From assembly GCA_038087875.1 (NCBI GenBank), contig CM075981.1, positions 992,001-1,056,000 on the forward strand: a DNA stretch of 64,000 nt, in the 5' to 3' direction. The notes beneath the pieces are model-generated. The model had not been told where the DNA came from. It made no database searches and saw only the letters and a program-made list of their open reading frames with translations. The first letter of the stretch is position 1. Each line of letters starts with the position of its first letter. The DNA is from Malacoraja senta. Its lineage: Eukaryota. Positions 13,481-24,100 of this stretch are shown piece after piece. Position numbers and translations under genes: made by a program.

Positions 13481-14699
13481 TCTGCCATATGTCTGTCCAC
13501 TCCGCCACCAAGTCTATGTACTCCCGAAACTCAACAACATCCTGGATTGCAGTTCACAATGCTATTTCGTTTTGCATCATCAGCACATTTCAAACTTGTG
13601 ACTTGCAAGTCCAAGTCTAGGTCACTTATATCGATTTTTAAAAAGCCAACACCAGTCGATCTATTTACCTTCGTCCTGCTCAATAAACAGCCAATCACCC
13701 ATATTCCTCTGTAGTAGTGAGTCTGGGTCCCCTTTACCCTGACTCTGTCGGATGAAGGGTCTCGACCTAAAACATCACCTATTCCTTTTCTCCAGAGATG
13801 CTGTCTGACCCACTGTTACCCCAGTTTTCAGTGTCTTTCCTCTGTCGTATGATGCTTAATCATCTTCAAGGTTTCAAGGTCAGTTTACTGTCACATGTAC
13901 CAATTAAGGTACAGTGAAATTTGAGTTACCATACAGCCATACTAAGTGAAAAGCAACAAGACTCACAACCATATAAAAGTTAACATCAACATCCATCACA
14001 GTGGATTCCATATTCCTCACTGTGATGGAAGGCAATAAAGTTCAAGCTTCTTCCTCTTTGTTCTCCCGTGGTCGGGGCAGTCAAACCATCCACAGTCGGG
14101 GCAATCAAAGCCTCCGCAGCCGGTGATCGAAGTCCCCGTTGAGGTGATCGAAACTCCTGCATAGGGGCGGTTGAAACTCTCTCCGCTGCATGGATCTCCC
14201 GAGCCCATGGGACTCTTACCAGAGACCGCGGGCTTCACGATGTTAAAGTCCACAGGCCCGATCCATTTCAGATCCAAGACCTATTACAACAGGGTAAGAG
14301 GGAAAAGAGGAGGGAACCTCATTGAAACATCAAATAGTGAACGGCCTGGATACAGTGGATGTAGAATGGATGTTTCCACTAGTGGGACAGTCTAGGACCA
14401 GAGGTCATAACCTCAGAATTAAAGTACATTCCTTTAGGATGGAGATGAGGAAGAATTTCTTTTGTCAGAGGGTGTGGAATTTTTTGCCACAGAAGGCCGT
14501 GGAGGCCGTCAATAGATATTTTTAAGGCATAGATGGATAGATAGGTTCTTGATTAGTACTGGATTGTGGAGAGAAGGCATGAGAAAGAGATTAGGAGGGA
14601 GAGATAGATCAGCCATGATTGAATGGCGGAGTAGATGGATGGGCCGAATAGCATAATTCTGCTCCTATCACTTATGAGCTGATGAAAACCTGCTGGAGC

Positions 14700-15110
14700 A
14701 GATAAGGTAAGGACACAAAATGGTGGAGTAACTCAGCGGAACAAGCAGCATCTCTGGAGAGAAGGAACGTTTCAGGTCAAGACCCTTTTTCAGACTGATG
14801 TCAGGGGAGTAGGTAGTACACAGATAAAATGTAGTCGGAGACAGTAAGACTGGTCAAAGAATTGGGAATGGGGAGGGGATGGAGAGAGAGGGAAACCAAT
14901 GGCTACTTGAAGTTAGAGAAGTCAATGTTCATACCACTGGGGTGTAATTGCCCAAGTGAAATATGAGGTGCTGTTCCTCCAAATTGCGCTGGGCCTCACT
15001 CTGACAATGGAGGAGGCCCAGGACAGAAAGGTTAGTGTGGGAATGAGAGTGGTAGTTAAAGTGTTGAGCAACCGGGAGATCAGGTAGGTTTAGGCAGCTT
15101 TCGGGAGGGA
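14700..15110 (-). mobile_element. Penelope 3' fragment (end of GIY-YIG domain plus pLTR)
   Basis: LPDLPVAQHFNYHSHSHTNLSVLGLLHCQSEAQRNLEEQHLIF in ORF 14929-15243. Confidence 0.8.
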
Positions 15111-15519
15111 TGGGTAGAGCACAGGGAATATGATCCACTGTGAACAATATGTACAGTAACCAGAAAACAGGGCAGATTCTTGCTCCGTTCGTGCAAATAT
15201 ATTGCAGTACTTTTGGGGTTCTCCTAAATATAAGGTCTTGCACACAACACGTAGATGTTTCAGTGTGTTGGAAGGAACTGCAGATGCTGGTTTATACTGA
15301 AGATAAACACAAAATGCTCTAGCAATTCAGCGGGTCAGGGTGCATCACTGCCGAAAAGGAATAGTTGACGTTTCGAGTCGAGACCCTTCTTCAGACTGAG
15401 AGTCAGGGGAAAGGGAAACGAGCGATATAGAAGGTACAAAGAACAAATGAATGAAATATATGAATGAATGATGTTCAAACCTGTTCCTGATATGGCTCTA
15501 TCGACAACATATTTTCCAG

Positions 15520-15566
15520 AATCCAATTGCAATACATCACAAGGTGAAGACAACAATGAAATCCAG
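15520..15566 (+). CDS. Gene A: 47-nt juxtamembrane cytoplasmic exon, copy 2 (xSNCNTSQGEDNNEIQ)
   Basis: TTTTCCAG acceptor and GTAAAA donor, phase 1 to 0. Splices in frame to 15985. Confidence 0.8.
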
Positions 15567-15984
15567 GTAAAAATGTGAAATATAAATTCTCTGAGTGATG
15601 AAGAATATATAATATTGAATTATCTGTGTTTACACAGGCCATTTACCAACACCAGTCCACTCCAGCTAAGAGATCCATCGCAGAAACAGGATCTTCGGCC
15701 CACAGTGTCCACGCCGACCGGTGACCCCCGCACACTAACACTCTCCTACACACACTAGGGGCAATTTGCAATTATGCCAAACCAATTAACCTACAAACCT
15801 GTTGTAGACGCTGTCAGGCAGCAACTCTACCGCTGCTCCACCGTGCTGTGCTATCTTTGTGTTGTAAACAGCAGCCATGGCTTGTTCTGTACACTGAACA
15901 GTTCGAGACCTACTTTGTAATAGACATCTGTTGAGGACCTTTCAAATCTATTAGGTCGTAAAATTTGATTTTGTTACATTTTAG

Positions 15985-16260
15985 GAAATAGCAGTGTTGG
16001 AAGGAAACCACGTTGATGCAAATCTGCAGCAACTTGCAAAGATCAGGGCAGATGACCATTTGGATAACAATGAAGGTGAACGCACGTATGCAGTGGTGAA
16101 TTGTCAAAGGAAGTCGAGATCAAGGCAACATGTGGCTGAAAACGCTGTCGTCTACGCAGATGTCAATTTTCATCGCAACTACCCAAAGGGCACTCGGAAA
16201 CCCCACTCTCCTGGGACTCCAGAGAACCCCGAATCAATCTATGCCTCTGTTGTTTCTTAG
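15985..16260 (+). CDS. Gene A terminal exon: inhibitory-receptor cytoplasmic tail (EIAVLEG...VVYADV...SIYASVVS*)
   Basis: TTTTAG acceptor, phase 0, 91 aa to TAG. Colinear with gene B exon 6. ITIM-type motifs VVYADV and SIYASV. The upstream exons of gene A were not found in the window. Confidence 0.88.
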   Translation, partial: EIAVLEGNHVDANLQQLAKIRADDHLDNNEGERTYAVVNCQRKSRSRQHVAENAVVYADVNFHRNYPKGTRKPHSPGTPENPESIYASVVS

Positions 16261-18336
16261 GAGAGATTTTTAATTTGGTGTGAGTTTTTGGCAATACTTG
16301 ATTTACCACTCTGTTCAGATGACACTGCGTTAATCTGCTTTATACTTTGTCAAAGATGGACACAAAATGCTGGAGTACCTCAGCAGGTCAGGCATCATCT
16401 CTGGAGAAAATGGACAGGTGGCCTATGAGGTTGGGACCCTTCTTCAGATGGTCTGTAGAAAGGTCCTGACCCAAAATGGTACCAATCCATTTTCGCCAGA
16501 GATGTTTCTTGACCATCTGAGTTACTCCAGCATTTTGGGTTTGTCTTTGGTATAAACTGGCATCTTTTTATAGCTATACTTTGTGAAGCTCTTTCTGAGC
16601 GGTTTTGTTCAATTCATCAGGTGTCAGGGCTGATGGGGAGAAGGCATGAGAGTGGTGTTAGGAGGGAGAGGTAAATCAGCGATGATTCAATGGCGGAGTA
16701 GCCTTGATGGGCCAAATTGCCTGCTCCTATCACTAATGACCTTATGAATTCCACTCCCATCACCAATCTCTTGCATCCGCCAGTATAATGAATGAGCCTA
16801 GATCATGCATACAAATGATAAAATGGGACTGCTTCTCATTCCGATAATACCCACCCACAAATGCCCCAACCCTCCCATCATCATTCTTTGCGAGGGTCAG
16901 CCTAAGCACACCTCAACCCATTGTCTCCAGGCCAAAATATTGTGGGTTCAAGTCCGTTAAGGGGCTATGGATAAAGCAAGAAAATGGGTTCAAGTGGATA
17001 AGGTAGATAAGCCCAAGATGTAAAATGATCCTCAAGCCTGGGTAAGGGGCCTCTGAAACTTAGTCAAGACTGGATTTTACCTGCCTCAGTGACCAGTTGC
17101 AAATAAAATGATCTTACGTGAGCCCGTCCCTAGATACTGCCTAGCCATGGGGAAATGGGGAGAGGGAGGGAAGTAACAGCGTGGAACTGCAGAACTATTC
17201 ATAGCTTTTATAGCCTATTATAGTGCAAGAAGTAAGTCAAGTGTGTTTTATTGTCATACAGTATATACTTGCAGCAGCACAATAGAGCAATATACATGAA
17301 TTCGTTTATCTTTTGTACTCACTGAGAATGCAAGGTAGAGGTAGGGGAGGAAGGTAATGTAGATGTGGTTGTATGAAATGCACTGAATGCTTTGTATCTG
17401 AGGGCATCTGCCACAGGACATGTGTAACCAAAGTTGGCCAATTTGTAATTAAAATATTTTTTTCTGAAAACAAGCCCAGAGTCCACGTGAAATGTTCCCG
17501 TCTACAACGTCCCTCCCCAGTACATGAGCACACGACCTACGAGCACCTCAGTGCCAACTGGTAGAGTACATCAATGCCTGAACTGCAAATATCTGGGTGA
17601 GATCTGTAACCAAAAAGATTCAACCATCATGACCACAGAAACTACCCCACAAAAATTTCTGTAACTGAAGAAAGTTCGATTGAAAATGCTGGTCTTAGCA
17701 GCATTGCTACAGAATGTCTTCTCACCTCTAGAGGTACTCCGTTCGAAATATGCAAAGTTCTTACTGAGCAGGAGAGTGCAGGTGAAGGGATGAGGTTTTC
17801 CTTGGCTCAATTGTCCAGATGCAGTGAGGAGGGGTAAGTTGGGCCGAAGGGCCTGTTTCTGCGTTGTATGACTCTATGACTCCAATGCAATCTAGCCTGG
17901 GAACAATTGTTTCTTAGATATTAAAGGATCTATGGAAATAGAACTAGTACTGGATATTGACATGATGAAGGATAAGCTATTATTTCAATGCATGGTGTCG
18001 TTATGAAGGACCGAATGGGGCCTGACATATTTGTTCATTAATTTGTTCACCCTACAATGCACATTTATTTGTTTTGAACACATTTCCAATCAATGTACAA
18101 GCACATCAAAGGCCAACGTGCGATGGAATGAAACATTGAGAGTGAGCTGCATCTTGCTGTGGTTAACGTGCTTCCTGTTAATATGAGCAGTTGAGCAAAA
18201 CACAAAAAAAACACTTCAGTTGGTCAAACAGCATCTGTGAAAGGAAATGGACAGATGACATTTCAGGTCACGACCCTACCAGACTGGTGTTACTTTTCTC
18301 AGAATTTGACTCAGAAACCCACAAACATACAATGTT

Positions 18337-18534
18337 ACACAAAAATGCTGGAGAAACCCAACGGGTGCAGCAGCATCTATGGAGCGAAGGAAATAGGCAA
18401 CGTTCCGGGCCGAAATCCTTCTTCAGACCCGAAATGTTGCCTGTTTCCTTCGTTCCATAGATGCTGCTGCACCCGCTGAGTTTCTCCAGCATTTTTGTGT
18501 ACCTTCGATTTTCCAGCATCTGCAGTTCCTTCTT
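18337..18534. mobile_element. Palindromic Penelope pLTR unit with 14-bp TSD
   Basis: AAACATACAATGTT at 18323-18336 and 18535-18548. Confidence 0.8.
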
Positions 18535-18954
18535 AAACATACAATGTTCACTAGTTCATAAGTTCTAAGTGCAGAATTAGGCCTTTCGGCCCATCAAGTC
18601 CGCCATTCAATCATGGCTGATCTATCTTCTCCTGCCTTCTCCCCATAACCCCTGACACCCCCACTAATCAGGAATCTGTCAATCTCTGCCTAACAAATAT
18701 TCATTGACATGGCTTCCACAGTCGTCTGTTGAAATAAATTCCACAAATTCACCACCCTCTGACTAAAGAAATTTGGCCCATATCTCTGTAAACCTATCCT
18801 GTCCAGATTCCCTCAGGTTCCTATTAAATGTTTCCCCCTCACCTTAAACCTATGTCCTCTGGTTCTCAAGTATTCAGTAAGAACATGTAGACTATAAGAA
18901 TGTTCTCATATTCTCAGAGCACCTTGCACTGGCAGGACAGTGGGTTTCAGGTAG

Positions 18955-19210
18955 AACACAGTGGCACAGCGGTAGAGTTGCTGTCTTACAGCGCCTGAGA
19001 CCCAGGTACGATGCTGACTTCGGGTGCTGTCTGTATGGAGTTTGTATGTTCTCCCTGTGTCCGCATGGGTTTTCTCTGGGTGCTCCGGTTTCCTCCCACA
19101 TTCCAAAGACATACAGGTTTGTAGGTTAATTTGCACAGTAAATGGTATATGGGGTGAACACTGGTTGGCACGGTCTCAGTGGGCCGAAGAGCCTTTTTCC
19201 ATGCTGTATC
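18955..19210 (+). mobile_element. HE1-like SINE
   Basis: GTGGCACAGCGGTAGAG head, conserved core and GGGCCGAAG...CTGTATC 3' end. Another copy lies at about 19530-19797. Confidence 0.8.
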
Positions 19211-19214
19211 AATA

Positions 19215-19480
19215 AAGTTTTCTTGCCAATTGCACACTCCAGAAGTAGATGGATAACAGTTTTGTCCAGAGCACAGGTGCCTTGTGTAGCTCTGTGGTTG
19301 TGCAACACAATGCAACGCAAAAAGGTTCTGACTGGGGAGCCCTTCCCACCAACACACAAGGAAGGATGTTCACAGTCGGCTTGAAAAACCATCGGGGGGG
19401 AAGTACCATAGACTTAACTCTGTAGTTTGCTTGCCAGTTTGCAAGCATGCAGCTCCCATGCTGCTAACCAGGGTTCAATC
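19215..19480 (-). mobile_element. Tx1-like ORF2 C-terminal fragment, decayed
   Basis: SPVRTFL...C...TVIHLLLEC resembles the Tx1 Cys/His-rich C-terminus. Confidence 0.45.
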
Positions 19481-20025
19481 CTTGTTCTTGCCTGCAAGGT
19501 AAGTTGAAGGATATTTCAGACAATCACACGTTGGCACAGCAGGTAGAGCCGCTGCCTCACAGCATCTGAATCCTGGGTTCGAACCTGCCCTTGGGTGCTG
19601 TCTGTGTGGAGTTCGCACGTTCTCCGTGTGACCATGTTCGTTTCCTCCGGGTGCGCGGATTTCCTCCCACATCCCAAAGAGGTGTGGGTTTGTAGGTTAA
19701 TTGGCCCTCTGCAAATTGACCCTTGTGTGTAGGGAGTGGATGCGAAAGTGGTCGGTGTGGACTCGGTGATCCGCTGGGCCTTTTCCACGCTGTATCACTC
19801 TGTAAATGAGTTTACCGAGTGCAGTTTAGTGTGCATTCTGATATTTGGATGATAACTTACACGAGAGACCATTGGAACAGCCAACACACCGGATATGCAT
19901 TTCAGTAACAGATGGGATGAGACAGTGTGATGATAGAATAATACATGGGAGACTGTCTTGAATATGAGAAGGATCGTTAGCACAGGCCTTCAACCAAGAG
20001 GTAAATATAATCCAAGCTTTATGTA

Positions 20026-20169
20026 TAAGAAGGAACTGCAGATGCTGGTTTAAATCAAAGACAGACGCAAAATGCTGGAGTAACTCAGCAGGACAGGCAG
20101 CATCTCTGGAGATTCCTTCCCTCCAGAGTTGCTGCCTGTCCTGCTGAGTTACTCCAGCATTTTATGTCT
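20026..20169. mobile_element. Palindromic Penelope pLTR unit (ribozyme core deleted) with 16-bp TSD
   Basis: ATCCAAGCTTTATGTA at 20010-20025 and 20170-20185. Confidence 0.82.
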
Positions 20170-20402
20170 ATCCAAGCTTTATGTAGTCTGGTTTACTGGC
20201 ATTCCATAGAGCTGTACCTGCAGTAAGCATGCAATTAATTGCTGTGACATTTACAACACCAAGAGTGAATTTATGTTGAATTTAGCTTTTTGTATTGTTA
20301 TTTGCTTGTGATGCTGCTGTAAGTAAGATTTTCATTGTACCCGTGTCTCGCAGTATTTTGTGCACATCACAATAAATTTGGCTTGACTTGACTGTTCGGG
20401 GT

Positions 20403-20715
20403 GGGACAGTGGAGCAGTGGTAGAGCTGCTGCCTCACAGCGCCAGAGAGCTATAGTTGATCCTGACTACGGGTGCTGTCTGCAGAGTTTGTACGTTCTCC
20501 CTGTGACTGCATGGGTTTCCTCCGGGTGCTCCGGTTTCCTTCCACATCCCAAAGACGTACAGGTTTGTAGGTTGATTGACTTTGGTAAGAAAAATTGTAA
20601 ACTGTTTTTAAAGTGTAGGATAGTGCTAGTGTACGGGGTGATTGCTGGTCGGTGCGGACTCGGTGGGCCGAAGGGCCTGTTTCCACACTGTATCTCTAAA
20701 AGTAAAAAAACTAAA
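20403..20715 (+). mobile_element. HE1-like SINE, near full length
   Basis: tRNA-like head, V-domain core and CR1-like 3' end GGACTCGGTGGGCCGAAGGGCCTGTTTCC. Confidence 0.85.
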
Positions 20716-20983
20716 ATTAAAAGGCTGGACTATTTTCATCAATCATGGAAAATTGGATTACTTTTATTTTACACTCCAAAGACGTACAGGTATGTAGGTA
20801 AATTGACTTGGTAAATGTAAAAATTGTCCCTAGTGTGTGTAGGATAGTGTTAATAAGCGAGGATCGCTGATCGGCGCGGACTCGGTGGGCCGAAGGGCCT
20901 GTTTACTGAAGTAAACTGAACTAAATTTGTTGAATTTAACTGAGACAACTTCAAATTCTAAAGTTTCAGATTTTATCAGCAGT

Positions 20984-21101
20984 CTCATTCTGGTTTCACA
21001 ATCAGGCTTCCTGTTCCCTGCTACCTCATTCTTGATACATGTCATATTTGTCAGACCATTCAGTCTGAGGACTAAGAGCTGAGCAGCAGATCAGTGCTAA
21101 C
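20984..21101 (+). promoter_or_regulatory. Gene B proximal promoter/5' UTR, conserved with gene C
   Basis: GTTTCACAATCAGGyTTCCTGTT (20993-21015) and GGACTAAGAGCTGA (21069-21082) are shared with 40190-40212 and 40268-40281. They contain C/EBP-like TTTCACAAT and the ETS core TTCCTG. Confidence 0.6.
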
Positions 21102-21159
21102 ATGGTCTCCGTGGATAAAACTATGTGGATTACAATCCTTCTCATTTATTCCCAGCCTG
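21102..21159 (+). CDS. Gene B exon 1, signal peptide MVSVDKTMWITILLIYSQP
   Basis: AACATGG Kozak context, in-frame second ATG at 21123, phase-1 GTAAGT donor. Paralogous to 40299-40356. Confidence 0.88.
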
Positions 21160-24100
21160 GTAAGTAACAGCTTGATTTGGACGTTCATGTGACCCGACTC
21201 TACGGGAAGTACGAGATAGTCACAAAGTGCTGGAGTAAGTCAGCGGGTCAGACTGAAGAAAAGTCTCGACCGGAAACGTGACCCATACCTTCTATCCAGA
21301 GATGCTGCCTGTCCCTCTGAGTTACTCCAGCATTTTGTGTCTATCTTCGGTGTAAACCAGCATCTGCAGTTCCTTCCTTTACATGTGCTGGAAATACTTA
21401 GCAGGTGTGTCGAGAAAAATAGTTATCCTTTCAGATCAGAGATCCTTCGACCTAAAACCTCACTCAATCTCTCTCCCCACAGATGTGGCCTGATCACCTG
21501 ATTATTTTTTTGTTTTTCATGTTACCAAAGACCTGGGTTCGATCCTGACTAAGGGGTCTGTCTGTACGGAGTTTGTACTTTCTCCCTGTGACCGCAAGAG
21601 TTTTCTCCCAGTGCTCAGGTTTCCTCCAACATCCCAAAGACGCACAGGTTTGTGGGTTAATTGGCCTCTATAAATAGGGAATATGGACTATGTAAATTAT
21701 CCCAAGTGTGTAAGATACTAGGTCAGCATGGACACGTTGGGCCGAAGGGCCAGGTTCCATGCTCTACCTTAAACTAAAGTAAACTAAACTAAAGTAACAG
21801 TGTCAAAGTGCAAAGGGACCCTTTCTATTTATAAAATATTGTTTTATTGCTTGCTTGCACTCACTAACAGCAGCCAAGCAATAATGCCAAAACAATTGTC
21901 TCCATTTTACAACACTTCCTCTTATTTAAAGTTCAGATATTAAATTGTTTGACTTCTCAGTTCCTCTTGGGCTGAGGCTTAATCTTGCAATAAGTAGACA
22001 TTTCCTTCTTGTTCTTGGACTTCAACCATGCATATTTGTCAAAGTCATCAGCATGCCATATTAATAATTTCTTGCGACCAAGTTATTTTTTTCAAATGTT
22101 ATTACTGATGCTCAGATGCATGAGCGAAGGCCAACATTGACTGTCTTCATTCACCAGATCATTTCAGGTAATCTAGGATCATTGCTTTACTAGTTTAGTT
22201 TAGTCCAATGAAGCCCAATTATTGATCGTTCAAGGGTGTAAATAGGAGGTCAGGACTGCGCTCTAGCTAGTGAGAGGATGGGTCAGTTGCCTGATAACAG
22301 TTGGGAAGAAAACTGCCTCTGAATCTAGAGCATTGGGTTCAGTTTCTGTACCTCGTGCCCAATGGTAGACAGGTAAAGAAGGAGTGACTGGGATGAAACT
22401 GGTCCATGATTATGCTGGTGGCCTGTAATGGTCAGCTGGATGGTTGACAGGGAGGAGAAGGCTTTTGACCCCAGGGCGGATATGGATGGACAAATCAGTA
22501 GGGCAGAAAAGTGGCAAAGACAGTTTAATCCAGAGAAGTGAGATCAAAATAAAGACATTAATAAATCGATGTTGAGGGAGTGTGGAGGAACAGAAGGACA
22601 TTGAAGAATATTCTCACAGCTCATTAAATGCAACATGACAATTAGTTACTTTAGAGATACAGCCTGGAACAGGCCCTTCGGTCCACCATTTCGAAGCCGA
22701 CCAGCGACTAGTTCTATCCTACACCCTTGGGGTAATGTACAGAAGCCAATTAACTTACAAACCTACTCATCTTTGGATTGTGGGAGGAAACTGGAGCACC
22801 CAGGGGAAACCCATGCGGTCACAGGGAGAGCGCACAAATTCCATACAGACAGCACCTGTAGACAGGATCAAACCCGGGTCTTTGGCGCTGTAAGGCAGCC
22901 ACCCTTCTGCTGTGCCACTGTGCTGCCCAACTAGTGTAAACAGTTAGGACCAAATAACTGCAGGTGCTGGTTTGTACCAAATATAGAAACAAAGTGCTGG
23001 AGTAACTTAGAAGGGTGTCTGAAGAAGGGTCCCAATCCCGAAACGTCACGCATTCTATTTCTCCAGACATGCTGCCTGACCCGCTGAGTTGCACCAGCAC
23101 CTTGTGTCTATCTTTAGTGTGAAGAGGTGCTTCATGGTCAGCGTGGACTCGGTGGGCCAAAGGGCGTGTTTCCATGCTGTATTTTTCAATCAATTCAATC
23201 AATAAAAAAAAGTCTTATGATCATTGAATTCTCCAATTTTTCATTGCACACCCCTACCCTCTCTCACTTTTCTGTGCCGGCCCCACCCAGATGTGCAGCC
23301 ATTTAACCCATGCATCTTCCTCCCTTCCCCCCTGTCCCCTACCAAATATACCCCTCCCTCTGCCTTTACATTTCGCTTCACTTCTCTCGTTATCTGACAA
23401 CCTTTTGACTGCTTTTCACCTCCAGTCTTTGTCCACCCATGAACAAATCAAAATTCCCCCCTCAGCTGTCTCCACCAAACACTTGTTATGCTGCCTGTCC
23501 TGCTGAGTTACTCCAGCATTTTGTGTCTACCTTCCACCTGTCACTTGCCAGGCTTTATCCCATCTCCACCTCTCTTCCAGCTTTCCCCACCCTATTTTAA
23601 TCAGGCTGAAGAAGGGTCCCAACCCGACACGTCACGTGTCCATTCCCTCCACAGATGCTGCCAGATCTGCTGAGTTACATCGGCACTTTGTGTTTGACTC
23701 AAGGGTAAGTGAATGTCCAGACACGGGTTGGACCATTCGGCCTATCGTTGGTTAGGGGAAGAGTGGGTGAGCCAGCAAACGCTGTGTTAAGTATTAAAGA
23801 AGGAACTGCAGATGCTGGAAAATCGAAGGTACACAAAAATGCTGGAGAAACTCAGCGGGTGCAGCAGCATCTATGGAGCGAAGGAAATAGGCAATGTTTC
23901 GGGCCGAAACCCTTCTTCAGACTGATAGGGGGTGGGGAGATGAAAGGAAAAAAGGAAAAGCGGCAGAGGAGGAGCCAGAGGGCTGGGGGAGGGGAGGAGA
24001 CAACCAGAGGGCTGATGAAGGGGAGGGGCCAGCAACGGCTAGCAGAGTTGGGAGAATTCAATGTTCATGCCCCAAGGATGTAGACTGCCCAAGCGGAATA

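Noticed and set aside
19795-19983. Minus-strand ORF starting MLTILLIF as a leader exon
   Set aside because: No phase-1 donor at the expected position, no promoter cassette and no downstream exon on that strand.
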